A stretch of DNA of 64,000 bases from the human T2T-CHM13v2.0 reference genome, Homo sapiens: assembly GCF_009914755.1 (NCBI RefSeq), contig NC_060928.1. One strand, written 5' to 3'. Positions 27,030-42,559 of this stretch are shown here, piece after piece (within the stretch, counting starts at the first letter, position 1; every line of letters starts with the position of its first letter). Position numbers and translations under genes: made by a program. The notes under the pieces are model-generated. The model had not been told where the DNA came from, made no database searches, and was given only the letters and a program-made list of their open reading frames with translations.

Positions 27030-27335
27030 CTTTTTTTCTTTTTTGCTTTTATTATTATTTTAATTGACACAATCATTATACATATTTTTGGCATGCAGTG
27101 TGATATTTTGGTATATTTATACCATGTATAATGATCAAATCAGGGTAATTAGTATATACGTCACCTCAAACATTTATCATTTATTTGTGTTGGGAACATT
27201 CAAAATCCACTTTTCTAGCTATTTGAAAATATTCAATCAATTGTTGTTTGTTATGCTTACCATACAGTGCTACAGGACACTAGAATGCATTCCTCCCATT
27301 GCTGTACTTTCGTACCTGCTAAGCAGCCTTTGACT
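27030..27335 (-). mobile_element. L1MA 3' end fragment
   Basis: 'taattgacac...atgtataatgatcaaatcagggtaattag...caaacatttatcatt...tgggaacattcaaaatc'; resembles the L1 end at 6726-6850. Confidence 0.85.
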
Positions 27336-27360
27336 ATCTTTAATATTCATGACTGTTACA

Positions 27361-27470
27361 TCCTTCCTTTTTTTCTTTTCTTTTCTTTCTTTCCTTTCCT
27401 TTCTTTTTCCTTCCTTCTTTCTTCCTTCTTTCTTTTTTCTTCCTTCCTTCTTTCTTTTTTTCATTCTTTT
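27361..27470. repeat. CT-rich low-complexity polypyrimidine tract
   Basis: About 100 bp of mixed TTTC/TTCC units. Confidence 0.9.
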
Positions 27471-28049
27471 TATTCAAGCCTAACGTTCCAACATTTCCTG
27501 AGAAACTGTAATATTCTCTCTGATTTACATCTATTTGAATAAAATCTTACCATTATTATGGCCAAAGTACGTGAAGTTAAAATGTTTTATAGATTGGACT
27601 ATAAAAACCAATCAGGACAACCTCAGTAAATACATATGGACAGGTTAAGTCTTTTGTGGAGAATTACTAGTTTCTTGCACAGGTAATATTACAGTGAAGT
27701 TTTTCAGACTATTTTTTTTCTACCTTTTACATTCACTGTTTTCAAATACTGATGTTATCTTATGCCTAATAAATTGAAATCATGTCTTTTAAAGAGTCAA
27801 AAATAAGGTATCCAGTGCTTAAGAATGAAGATTGAGACTGAATATCCTGTATGGCTCATAAAATTGAAAGACATTCTTAAGGAGGAAATTTTAACTGTTC
27901 CGAGCTGAGCAGCGTTACAGTACCAAATAGATATTTTTCTAAGAAAAGTCATTTGAACTACAGCATTAATTTCTGTATGTAAATTTTCATGCTAGCAAAA
28001 GAATTAAACTAAAAAATGAAATAAAATCAGCCATCCAGTAAATGTCACA

Positions 28050-28900
28050 TTTGTACTTGCAGTTGTTCAGACCCCAAACGTTGAAGTCACACTTATCTCC
28101 TCTATTTCTGTCACAGTGCATATCTAGTCACCCAAATGCTGTCTTCTTTACTATCAAAATACATGCAGAATCTGTCCACTTTTCCACCAGCAGAACCCTG
28201 TCCATTTTTCTCCAAACACTTGCAACAGGCTCTTTCTCAACAACTTCTATTTAGGGTCTTGATCCCTGTCTCTTCTCCCTGCAGCCAGAAATTAGTTCAT
28301 GCCTCTGCTCAAAAGCCTCCCATACCTTCCCATCTCATTCATACTATGATGGATGGACTTTATTTTGACACACGATTTCTTTAATACCCTGGCTTACTCT
28401 TGCCAAGCTCACATCTTACCACTTTTCTCTTACTTTATCAGGATGTGCTTCAGGCTCAGGGACTTTGCACTTGCTGTTGGCTCTGCCTGAAGCACCCTTA
28501 TCCCAAATGACATCTCAACTTACTGCCTTACTTTGTTCTCTTCAGAGATTGGATCAAATGTCACATATCATAGAGCCTTAACCTGACTACCTTATCTAAA
28601 ATAACTAACGTATGTTACTTTGTTCCCTTCAGAGGCTGGATCTTACTTGGTTCTCTATTTTCTCTTCAGAGGTTGGATCAAATGTCACATATCATACAGC
28701 CTAATCCTGACTACCCTAACTAAAATAACTAACCACATCTCCTCTTCCTCCTGTTTTGACTATCCCCTCTCCAGCTCATTATTTTTTTATCATAGCATGC
28801 ATTATGAGGATTAGTATATTTTAATTTATCTAATTATTTTCTGAGTAAAATATAAGCTCCCTGATAGCAATAATTTAGCATATTTTATTTACTCCATAAA
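28050..28900. mobile_element. L2 LINE fragments
   Basis: L2-typical 'caggctcagggactttgcacttgctgtt...ctctgcctga', 'aaatgtcac...cctgactacc...ctaaaata', 'aatataagctccctga'. Confidence 0.7.
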
Positions 28901-28913
28901 AATGGACTGAATA

Positions 28914-29415
<502 letters not shown>

Positions 29416-32389
29416 CTAACAATGCAGTTACTCAGGCATCATTCCTCATGGTCAGCATTCCACATGCAGTGAGAGGAGGGAGCCAGCCATTTTTGCTGAC
29501 AACCAACTCCCTGCACAGACCCACTGCACTGTCTCCTGTCACCCAGGAGAATCCCTGCCCACAAATGACAGACCCGCAATTTCAGTCCAGAGACACGAGA
29601 CAGGCAGGGAAGCTCTGTTTTGCTCCTTCAAAAGATAAGGGGTTGCTCTGAGTCTTCTGGTTTAAGATTTATGATTATAAATCTGATAAATAATCAGAGA
29701 TAAATGTGGTTTGTTTTACTGTCTCTTGCCAAAGATTATGCCCTCCCAGACTTCCAAAATATCTGTAGGTTGCACCATGCTATCACTACAAGAATAGTGT
29801 AGAACTATGTGAAATGCCCACTGAAATCCCATGCCAGCATCCTCTTCTTCCTCTAGCTCCTCCTTCTCAGCCTCACTTCCTTTTTTCCTGAGGTAAAGCA
29901 GTAATGCATGCACCTACACATGCACACATACTTACACACACAGGAACACACACATACTGTCATTTTTTTGTGTGTGAGTAGTAGTTTTGGACATGCATTG
30001 CATGAGCAGTTTCAACTGTGAACTCTGACCTGCTTATCCAGGCAATGCATTCCAGGTTTCAGCAGAAAGGCTTTTTAATAAAACCATCATCTTAAGAAAG
30101 CAAGCGATGGTGTTTTATTCAAACATATCTAATTCTTAAAAGGTTACATAAATAACCTAAGACAAGATCACATTCAGTCCTGTTTTTCTTTCTGCTATTA
30201 GACTGTTTTTTTTTTTTTTGCTATTTTTTCCTTCTCATATGGGGTCATATCATTAGGAGAACCATGGATTAAAGCAGAAAATTTGGAAATGGGCCAAACA
30301 TACTGAGTTTCCATTCCCATTTTCTAACCACTTCAGAGCAAGCAAGTGAACACATCATTTTAATGAAATGAATATTTGATCTCATAAGCTAAAAATTATT
30401 TGAATGTTTGATTTTAAAATATTTTCAAATCATAAAACTTTTTTAGTGATTCCACAGGCAAATTTGGTATTATGTCAAAAATACTGAGAAAATCCCCACC
30501 CTTCCTAATCATAGAATGTCAATACTTTCATTCCAATTTCCTGGACTAAACATGCTTGAACATTGAAGTACTCAAGAAAAATATAAAAGGTACCTAAGTT
30601 TTGGAAAAGGATGCCATACATGCAAGGTGCTTTAAGTATTTTTCTCATCTCATTCTTACAGTATTTCTATATGGGAAGATTATTACAACCAGTTTAAAAA
30701 TGGGAGAAGAAAGATACCCCCTGGCAAGTGGAAAAGTTAATGGTTAAAAATGGGTCTGACCTCCACCTGTGTACCCAAGAAAAGAAACTCTATGGAGGTT
30801 CTGACTTGAAACTTCAAATACTTTATAATGTCTTGGTCTTTGGTTCTTTAGAATATGAGGTCTGGGAAGCAACATAAGAAATCTCTGTAGACAAAGTAAA
30901 ATTTGAACTGGATCTCAATGGAGAAGTAATCTTATAACAAGGATAAAGAAAGATTAAAAAGGTAGAAGGGATGAGGGAAATATATACTGTAATGAGAGAA
31001 AGGAAATACATGTTTGGGCAGACAAAGCCTGGATCAATAAGAGCATATAATGTTGTAAAGCCATATATTATGACTGGAGATCATTGGTATTATTAGGAGG
31101 TAGAGGGTTCTGGCAAATAAGGCTATGAGGATTCTGCAGATATAGGAGAGACCCTGAAGATTTTGGGTAGGAGATCACATGAACAAAGCCAGGGATTAGA
31201 ATTATTTATATGACAGTGGAGTATGAACAAATGATAAGGGAAAAAAATAGAGATAAACTGCAATTAGCAACCTGACTGATACAACACATTAGACCAGATG
31301 GTTGTAGTTAATGCAGCTTTATGGGAAAGGTCTAAACAATCATGAGTGGCATATTTTGCATATCACATAAAAATAATATGATGTGCCCTGAAGTCTTTGT
31401 TACCCTGGATGCATTCACTATTTTATTACTGTTTAGTGAGTACTTCCTCCATTGTTAAGAGTTTGGAATACATAATGGACACATATAGTCCCTGACCTCA
31501 AAGAGCTTAGTGTCTAAGAAGAGAGACAAACAACTAATCAGGGATTTGCAGTACACTGTGCTTATTGCCATAAAGGTGCCAAATACAGGGAGCCACTGGA
31601 ACATGTAGAAATTCGTCAGAATTGCAGTTTTACTGCATCTTTGATCCTCAGGTTTTTGGAGACTGATTTGAACTACATGTTATATTTGATTTTAGTTTTC
31701 AAGTGCATGGTGAGTGAATAATCATGTGAAAAGAAATGTAATGCAAATGAGAAACAAAAGCAGAGATCTAGTTGCACTGGATAACCAAACACTCCAGAAG
31801 TTGAGTGACAACTTTGGAAAACAAGATAGGCCTGAACATAGGGTATAAAATCTTCCATGCTTCCAAACAGCAATTCTGGAGAAGCCTCTAGTAGTATCTA
31901 GATAATGAACCATTGCAGCTGTAATTTAGAAGCAAAAGCAATTATTGAAGGGTATGAATGTGAGGAGGCAGTTTTCATGGTGAATTAAAGTGCTTTGATA
32001 ATGAAATAGTTATTTCAAGTTAAATTAACCATTAAAGCATTTCAGATTTTATATCTAAAGTTACAGTGAAAAATATAAAGATCTGCAGCTATATTTTTCT
32101 AGAATAAATATATTTGCTAGAAGCAAAAAGGAGGAGGTAGTATATGATCTGGCAAAAACAAAACGAAGACAAGATTGAATTGGACCATCAGAAATCTCAT
32201 CTTGACTACAGCGATAGTCTAGGTGACCTTGGGAACTAATAATGATCTAATATTAGCTAACATCTATGCAGTTCCTTGTTGTTCTCTTTCTCTCCTTTCA
32301 CACTCTGTTTATAACACATCTATTCACCAATATAATTGTCTACGCCCCAAGCCTCCCTTCTTGGTACATACCTGTTAAAATTGCTATGG

Positions 32390-32645
32390 AAAATAACTTA
32401 GTCAAATGCTTAAAAACATAGACTTTGGAGCTACAGGTTCCTGAATTCCAAAACATTCAGGATCTGAGGTGACTTTTTCTCTTTCATCTCTTGTAGTTGA
32501 AGTTTCTTCATTCATAAAGTGAGCATAACATTCTATTGCCTACTTAGTAGAGTGCTTTTGAGGATAAAGGTGATGCTGTATATGAGGTGCTTAATTAACA
32601 CAGTCCTCAACATATGGTAAGGAATCAATTATGTTTATTACTATT
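32390..32645 (+). mobile_element. MIR SINE
   Basis: 'atagactttggagc...cctgaattc...agtttcttcattcataaagtgag...ttgaggataaa...atatggtaag'. Confidence 0.65.
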
Positions 32646-33274
32646 AGGTATTAAGCCCTTAAAATTGATTTTTCAATTTAATGTCTCATATACATTTTCA
32701 GATGCACTGTTATCTATAATAAAGGGTAATAGAATGCCCCCTTCTATCTATAAAACTCTGCAACTCAATACTATGCTTATGCATTCAAGTCATTTAGCTC
32801 CTCTGAACTGAACAGGAAAATAGGGTGAGTTTTGCACTTGTACCCTGAAAATTCTCAAACTAGGACTACATGCACACCCACATACACACAAACACACATA
32901 TCTTAAGACCATCATACCTCATGTAAGGTGAATGTGATGGCCACTTTTCATTTTTACATTTCATTCTCCCAGTTTATATGACTTGTTGATGGCTAATTGG
33001 TAAGAAATTTGAAGAACCCAGCACTGTCTAAAGATGGAAGCTAATCTCATGATTTGTGTAATATGACCTGCTTTGGAGCTAACAAGAGAGTCTGCTACTC
33101 AGTTTTCCCACCTTGTGTTTAACATAGTCCCACACATATCTTATGTAGAAGGAAATCATGGAGCAAGGAAGAATAGAAAAGGAAATTGCCACCTGAGTTA
33201 TAGTATTGCATGTATTTATCTTTTTATCTCTTTTTATACAGTATCTTAGATGAAATGAGTATTAAGATTATAAG

Positions 33275-34986
33275 GTAGGAATATAGTTAACCAAGGAGGT
33301 GAAAGATCTCTATAAGGAGAACTACAAAACACTCCTGAAGGAAATTATAGAGGACACAAATAGAAAAATATCCCATTCTCATGAATTGGAAGAATCAATA
33401 TTGTTAAAATGACCATACTGCCCAAAGCAATCTACAAATTGAATGCAATCTCTATCAAATTATCAATGTGATTTTTCACAGAATTAGAAAAAAGAATTCT
33501 AAAATTCATATGAAACCAAAAAGAGCCAGAGTAGCCAAAGCAAACCTAAGCAAAAAGAATAAAACATGAGGTGTCACATTACCTGACTTCAAATTATACT
33601 ACAAGGCTATAGTAACAAAACGTCATGTTATTAATGTAAAAATAGATCAATGGAACAGAGTAGAGAACCCAGAAATGAAGCTACATACTACCACCAACTG
33701 ATATTCAACAAAGTTAACAAAAATATGCACTGGGGATAGGGTACCATATTAAATAAATGGTGCTGGGAAAATTGGATATCCCTATGTAGAAAGATGAAAC
33801 AGGAACCATAATTCTTATTACATACAAAAATTAACCAAGATAGATTGAAGACATAAATATAAGACCTCAAACTACAAAATTTTAGAGGAAAAATTCTTCT
33901 GGGTATTGGCCTAGGCAAAGAATTTATGACCAACTCCTCAAAAGTAAACATAACAAAAAAACAATAATATACAAATAGCACTTAATTAAACTTAAAAGCT
34001 ACTGCATAGTAAAACAATCCACAGAGCAAACAGACAACCTATAGACTGGAAAAAATATTTGTTATCTATGTATCAAGCAAAGGGCTAATATGCAGAATCT
34101 TCAAGGAACTCAAACAGTTCAATGAGAAAAAAAAATAACGCCATTAAAAAGTGGACAAAAGACATGAACAGACATTTTCCAAAAGAAGGTATACAAGTGG
34201 CCAACAAACACATGAAAAAATACTTAACATTACTAATCATCAGAAAAATACAAATTAAAACCACAATGAGATACCATCTTACACCAGTCAGAATGGCTAT
34301 TATTACAAACTCTAAAAACTACAGATGTTGTTGAGGATGAGGAGAAAAGCGACCACTGGACCACTGATACATTGTGTGTAGGAATGTGAATAGGTGAAAC
34401 CTTTATGGGAAACTGTATGGAGAGTTCTCAAAAAACTAAAAATAGAAGTACCATTCAACCCAGCAGACCCACTACTGGCTACATTTCCAAAATGAAAGAA
34501 ATCATTATATCCAAAAGATAACTGCACTCAAATGTTTATTCCAACACTGTTCACAATATCAAACAAAGGTATGGAATCAGTCTAAGTGTCTATCAGTGGA
34601 GGACTGGACAAAGAAAATGTGGTACACATATACAACAGAATACTATTCAGCCGTAAAAGAGAATTAAATCATGTCTTTTGCAGCAACATGGAGGAAACTG
34701 GAAGCCATTATCCTGAAATGATTCAGAAGCAGAAAGTTAAATTCTGCATGTTTTCACTTATAAGTGGGAGTTAAACATGGGTACATATAGACGTACAGAG
34801 TGGAATGACAGACACTAGAAACCACAAAAGGTGAGAGGGTAGGAGTAGGGTGATGGTTAAAAGATTACCTGTTGGATACAATGTTTATTATTTGTGTGAT
34901 GGGTACACAAGAATTTCAGACTTCACCGTTATGCCTGTAAGACATCTGCAGTTGTACCCTCTAAATATATAAAAATAAACTTTTAA
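33275..34986 (+). mobile_element. 5'-truncated L1 (L1PB/L1MA-age), ORF2 C-terminus and 3' UTR
   Basis: ORF2 remnant 34122-34334 ([12 protein letters not shown]...[11 protein letters not shown]); 11-bp TSD aagattataag (33264-33274 / 34987-34997). Confidence 0.92.
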
Positions 34987-35959
34987 AAGATTATAAGAAA
35001 GTCTCAAGGAATATCAAAATAATTAATCTCACATAATAAAGAAGCATATATGTGCAATATCTGAGATGAGCTGTTTGCACATGCTGCCTTTTACAGCAAA
35101 CATTATAATATTTTCATTAGAGATCAAAATAGCCTGTCATTCACTGAAAGAATATCATGAAAGTTTTATGTCTAATGAAAAGACTCAATGAATTCTTTCA
35201 TTTTGTAACAGTAACAGATAAGAGTAGGACTAGCTATTTTCTAGTTCAAGGACAGATTTTTCTCGTAAAATGTTTAGATTCAGCAGTCTCCTTTGAGGTT
35301 GTAGTAGAATTCAAATTTGAAAGCAGTGACTCTTCATTTTTATGGGTTATCTACTTCTGTGAGTATATAATGAAAATTATGGATTCTTCTGTAGGAAGAA
35401 TATACATATCCATATATATTCAAAATATTTCAGTTTAATATCCTTATTTCCCCCTTTTCTGAAATATTTTTATTGTTGAGAAGTCGTGAACCTCTTCTTT
35501 TTAGAATAATATTGTCTTTCAAAACTAAATAATTGTCCCAGGAAATCCAGAATTTCACTTTTCACGCTACTGCACAAAACAATCAAGAAAACTTGTATAA
35601 TTGTAAAGATGATGAATTTTTAGAGGCAGACTTTATCTAGCTTACTAATTCAGAAGAGAATACAGCAAACTAAGTCATTTTGAAGGAAAAAGGTAGTTCA
35701 AGGAAAACTCCTTTTGTTTCCTTTTGAAGATGGACTTTATCCTTGTACAAACTTTTCAGAGGTAAGCCCAAGAGGCCAACGTAGAGTGAGAATAAATAAA
35801 AGTAATATGGAGGAACCACCTGCTCAATGCCATTGCTCTTTCAAGTACTTTGCATACATTATCACTTTTATCACCATCAGAATTATATGAGGTAGGTTCA
35901 AGTGTTAATACCATTTAAGGAAACTGAGATAGAGAAAATTCAAAGTCAAGTTGATAAAG

Positions 35960-36365
35960 TGGAATGGTTAATTTTAGCTGTCAGCTTGGCTAGGCTTTGG
36001 TGCCAGTTTTTGTTTTTTTTGTTTTTGCCAAACATCAGTCTAAATGTTGCTGTCAAGGTACTTTTTAGATATATTTCACATTTAAGTCAGTAGGCTCAGA
36101 AAAGCAGATTGCCCTCCACACTGTGGATAGCCCATGAGTTGAAGGCCTTCTGAGCAATGTTTGAGGTTCTCTGAAGTAATTCTTCTCAAGGCAGCAATAT
36201 AGAAACCCTGACTAAGTATCAGCCTGCTCCTTTGCAGAATCTGGACTCAAAGCTGCAATATCAACTTTTACCTGAATTTCCAGCCTGCCAGCCTTCCCTA
36301 TGGATTTCTGACTTGCCAGCTCCCACAACTGTGGAAGCGAATTCCTTTGAAAAATCTCTTTCCAT
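35960..36365 (+). mobile_element. MLT2 (ERVL) LTR, adjacent to an antisense MIR fragment (35810-35955)
   Basis: 'atggttaatttta...tcagcttggctaggc...agtctaaatgttgctgt...aaagcagattgccctcca...ggatttctgacttgccagc'. Confidence 0.8.
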
Positions 36366-37137
36366 GCAAAAGCTCCTAGTGGAAGGCCTGTTTTTTTCCA
36401 AGTAGTTTCCTCTCAGAAAAGAGATGCAGAGTTTTATTGGAAATGTAGAGTAATGTAATACCTCATCTGACTTTCTAAATGCAGGACCATGGCGTTAATT
36501 GGGATTGTTGACAAACAGGAGATGATAGATAATTATGAAAATTTAATTTAGGATTTCTCAAGTTTTATGTCTGAACAGAAAGCTCTGTAAATATATATCT
36601 TTCATTGTCCATAGTCAGAAAATGTTATTTTATGCCTTTGGGTTTAGGGTTTTTTTGTTTTGTTTTGTTTTTTACTATTTTCTAATAAAAATAAAACAGT
36701 ACTAAGTCAACAAAAAGAATCTCTTTCTTCTTCTCCCTCTTTGTTTCTTTTCTTTTTCTATCTCGCTACCCACAGCTGTCTTCTCAGATGAGGATGGTGC
36801 CTAGAATTCAAGCCCTCAGCGCATGTGTTTGTGATGATTATTGTGGCAAGGGAGACTAACTGTCCAATTAAAATCTCTGCTTACCCTTCCATAGTTTATA
36901 TAGTTGCCTCTGTCAAAAGGATTCCCAGTTAGGACCTTTATTTAGCAGCACATTTTTGCACACAGATGGGACAAGGTGACAATCTTGACCCAAAAATGTG
37001 AGGAGAGATGAGGAAAATTGACCAACAAGAGTTAAAAAATAGAAGGAACTTCACGTTGCCTTCCAACTTCTGTTTGATGGCTTCAGAGGACCCCAAGCGA
37101 ATGGTGAGAACACAAAATTAAAGGGTGTTGTGTCTTA

Positions 37138-37434
37138 TTTATTTTTTTTAAGACAGGGTCTTACTCTGTCACTGAGGTTGGAGTGCCATGGCACGATCAC
37201 GGCTCACTGCAGCCTTGACTTCCCAGGACTTAGGTGATCCTCCCACCTCAGCTTCCTGAGTAGCTGGGACTACAGGCATGCACCAACATACCCAGCTAAT
37301 TTTTGTACTTTTGTTTGTAGAGATGGGGTTTCACGATGTTGCCCAGGCTGGTCTTGATCTCCTGGGCTCAAGAGATCCCCCTGCCTTAGCCTCACAAGTG
37401 CTGGGATTACAGGCATGAACCACTATGCCTGGCC
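37138..37434 (-). mobile_element. AluJ
   Basis: Antisense dimer 'agacagggtcttactctgtc...gatcacggctcactgcagcc...ctcctgggctcaag'; short flanking repeat tgtctt. Confidence 0.92.
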
Positions 37435-37759
37435 ATGTCTTTGAATTTTTATAGGGAGAAGATAATGGTACCAGAAATGCCTATCTTGGACAGTAATATT
37501 AACAAGAAATAAATATTCAAGGAATTAAGCAGCTGAAATTTTGGTGTTTATTTGTCAGACTTGCCAACTTAATCTCAACTAAAATAACGATAATGATAAA
37601 GATTATCATAACATAATATTTTCCCAAGCACGAAAATTTATTAAGTAGTAGAGTCACTATCAAAACCTACGTATATCTAGACCTAGATCTAACATGCCCT
37701 ATCTATTCATCTATCAACTTTCAGTTTTTCCTGCAGTAAAAAACAACCGTAATATTCCA

Positions 37760-38417
<658 letters not shown>

Positions 38418-38419
38418 TA

Positions 38420-38830
38420 GCAATATAGTTTGAATGTTTGTCCCATCCAAATCTCATGTTGAGGTATAATCAGCAATATTGGGGGTGGGACGTGGTGAGG
38501 AGTGTGCAGGTCCTGGGGGCAGATCTCTCATGAATGGCCTGGTGCTATCCTCATGATAATGAGTGAGTTTTCACTCTGATAGTTTATGCGAGAGCTGGTG
38601 ACTTAAGAGCCTGGGACCTCCCACTTCTCTCTCTTGTTTGCACTCACAATGTGATGTGCCTGCTCCCACTTCACCTTCCCCCATGAGTAAAAGCTCCTTG
38701 AGTCCCCACCAGAAGCTGAACGGATACCTGAACCATGCTTCTTGTACAGCCTGCAGAACCCTGAGCCAATTAAAACTCTTTTATTCATATGTTACCCAGT
38801 CTCAGATATTCCTTTATAGTAACACAAAAT
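38420..38830 (+). mobile_element. MST (MSTB-like) solo LTR
   Basis: 'tatagtttgaatgtttgtccc..ccaaatctcatgttga'; 3' end 'gagccaattaaaactcttt...ttacccagtctcagatattcctttatag'. Confidence 0.85.
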
Positions 38831-39561
38831 TGTTAAGGAAAGAGATTTTGCACATCATCGTATATTCCTTCTAAAATTACTTAACAAATTGAGTAATCAA
38901 TTGACTTCACAAAAAGGCAACCTAGGCCCTAAATATGGGCCTTCTGTAGGGAAGACTCATATTGAAGACAACATTTAAAAGTGGAATATTGGAAAGAATA
39001 CACGGTAGTTTCAAGCAGGTATCTGAGCCCTCATAATAAAAATGTATTTGTTTTTCTACATGTGTAAAACATTCATAAAAATAATCAAACTCTAAATTTG
39101 TGCAATTCCACAGGTGGTCAAATTTACTTACTGAAGATTCCCTGAGTAGATATGAGTAATACAGGTACTGTACTGATTTTTTTTTAACGGAGGTATTTGT
39201 ACTAATCACCCTCAATGTACCTATAACCTTCAACAAATACTTTCCTCCTATTTTTTCTTCTTATAACATGTGGCTTGAGGAATACAAATACCTTCTTGGA
39301 AAACTACTTGTTGAGTATGGCCACCCATGTTTGAAGTCAGTCATGTAATTTAATTTATCTAGCTGTTTTCAAATCATCTAATTGTTTGATGAAATCAATC
39401 TAATGTCTACTTTGCTTTCTCTTTAAGCTGGAATTATGGGTGTGCACAATATCCTCAGCCCCAAGTTTCACTTACTCGTGTAAGTTAAATAAAATGTTTC
39501 ATCTAAACAATTATGTTAGCCTAATGATGGCCAATTGGGTAAATTTCCCACTTTTCACTCA

Positions 39562-39997
<436 letters not shown>

Positions 39998-41261
39998 TTA
40001 ATTTTTTCATTTGCATTAATGATGGGCAGGGGTATACAGTCTCTGCATTAAGTTTAAAAAGTTGTATACAGACTTCGTTCTATTTATCCTCACATCAACA
40101 CATTAATGTAGGTGCTATAATCCCAACCTATCCATGCGTGAGGCTCACACGTATTAAATGATGGTAATACCTGTATGTATCAAAGCACAGTCGTTCATTT
40201 CTTCCTAGATATACCAGAGTTTCCTTTATTTCATAGAATAAATGATACTGATTTATGTGAATCCCTTAAGTACTACATTAGGTTATTAGTTTGTGATTAG
40301 ATGCATAATAATAATGATTTAAAATGTTATTAAAAATAAATAATTATCAAATAGACATGATCTTTACCCCCTGACAGTTGATTGGATAATCTCTGTGCCA
40401 TCAGGATGGATATATTTCTCCTGGTATGTCAAACAATTCAGACATCATTGAAATCCTGGCAGCCACAGTTATTACTGACTAAAAATAAAATATTTACATT
40501 GTCATTCAAAATATATACGCTGCAGCATTTGTCTTAAGGCCAATGACTTAAAGAGAGATTAACCAATTTGGTCTGCTTCTAAGAAGAAAAATCAGTTGAC
40601 CTCAATCTGGAATTTTATTCTTACAGTAAACTTTAGGATAAAATGGGTGAAGTACCATCTTCTTCATGTTTTGTAAGTTGGAGTATGCTGCAAGGAATTA
40701 ATTTTAGAAGAATGTAAGGCAATAAGCTCTTATGACTTCACCATTTTTATTTATAAACAAAGATTACAAAATTTTTCAATGCTCAGCAGTTGTGTGAAAG
40801 GAAACAAATATTTGAAAGGAAGAAAACAAGATTTAAATAAATATTATATTCTAAATAATAATTAGTAAAATAATTGATGTAATTTTAACCACATAATCAA
40901 GTCCATACTATGTTTAATTGTGAAAAAATAGAAAGATACTAAATATCTGTAAACAGGAAACAGTTACTCAAATTATGACACACCAATACAATTTAACATT
41001 AGGTAGCTACCAATACAATGTACCTTTTTGGTACAACCTACTATGTAAATAGTGCAATTCCAACTATGAAAATATAGAGGAAATAATGGAAAAAAAAATA
41101 AAACGTACAATATTAACATTACATACTTTCAAGAAATAGGAACATTTAATTTTCCTTTTATTTAAAAATTTCTAATATAATAGTAGATAGTAAGCATGGT
41201 TCTAAGCATGTTCTGAATGTTAATTCATTTGATCTTCCAAAACACTATATGGTAGATGAAG

Positions 41262-42292
41262 TCTCCATTAGTTTTTGATTTCTGTGTAATAAGTTACTGC
41301 AAAGTTAGCAGCTTAAGAGAACATACACTTGTAATAGCACAGTTTTTGTTGGTCAGGAGTCCAGGCATGGCTTAGCTGGATTTTATGCTCAGGGTCTCAT
41401 AAAGTGGTAATTACACTTTAACAAAGCTGCATTCTCATCTAGGGGCTCAACAAGGGAAGAATCTGCTTCCAAGTTCATTCAGATTGTAGGCAGAATTCAT
41501 TTCCTGTGGCTTTATGACTGAAGGCTCTGGCTTCCACTGGTGGTCAGTCGGAGGCTACCCTCAGCTCTTTCTGGCCACCTGCAGTTCCCTGCCACATGGT
41601 CTTCTCCATAGGCCATTCACAACACAGCTGTTTGCATTCCTAAGCTCAGTAGGGAATCTTTCTTAAACTATAGTTTTAGACAGAGATCTATATAATGTAA
41701 TGTAGTCATGGAAATGGCATTCCATTCCTGTATTAGTCTGTTCTAGCACTGCTATAAAGAAATACCTGAGACTGGGTAATTTATAAAGAAAGCAGGTTTA
41801 ACTGGCTCACGATTCTGCAGGCTGTGCAGAAAGCATGGCTGGGGAGGCCTTGGGAAACTTACAATTATGGTGGAAGGCAATGAAGAAGCCCGCACGAGTT
41901 ACACAGCCAGAGCAGGAGCGAGAGAGGGTGGGAGGAGGTGCCACACAAATTTAAACTACCAGATCTCATGAGAACTCATTATCATGATGACAGAACCAAG
42001 GGGGATGGTGTTAAATCATGAGAAACTGCCCCCATGATCCAATCACCTCCCACCAGGCCGCACCTCCAACACTGAGGATTACAACTGAACATGAGATTTG
42101 GGTGGGGACACGGATCCAAACTATATCAATTCCCTTTGCCATATAATGTAGCATAATCAATGGAATGACATCCCATCATTTTAATATATTCCAATGATTA
42201 GAAACAATTCATAAATTCAGCCTGAACTCAAGGGTTGGAACTCCTACAAGGCCATGACTCATAATGGGTCGCCATCATTTGTATCTTCTGTA
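41262..42292 (-). mobile_element. MLT1 (E/F-like) LTR split by MSTA, itself inserted in a MIR (41190-41260 and 42295-42437)
   Basis: 'ttagcagcttaa...ggtcaggagtccaggcatggcttagctgg...gctcagggtctca...ggaagaatctgcttccaagttcattcag'. Confidence 0.75.
41729..42128 (-). mobile_element. MSTA solo LTR
   Basis: tgtattagtc...aaactatatca; perfect 5-bp TSD ATTCC (41724-41728 / 42129-42133). Confidence 0.92.
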
Positions 42293-42559
42293 CACTATTT
42301 TTATTATCATTTTACAGATAAGTGAATCAGGGCTCAGAGAGATTTAGTATTCTGCCTATAGTCCAAAGTTAACAACTGAAAAAGTTGTGATTTGCATTCA
42401 AACAATATGAATTTAGAGTCCTTGCTCTTAACCACTGTGGTGTGTGTCTTGGAGTAATCCTTTTGTTAACATTTAATATGTATTCCATTTATATCTATGG
42501 AGTGGCTCAAATGTGTTAGATATTATCATAAATATTGAAAATACCATTGCAGAAGAGAT

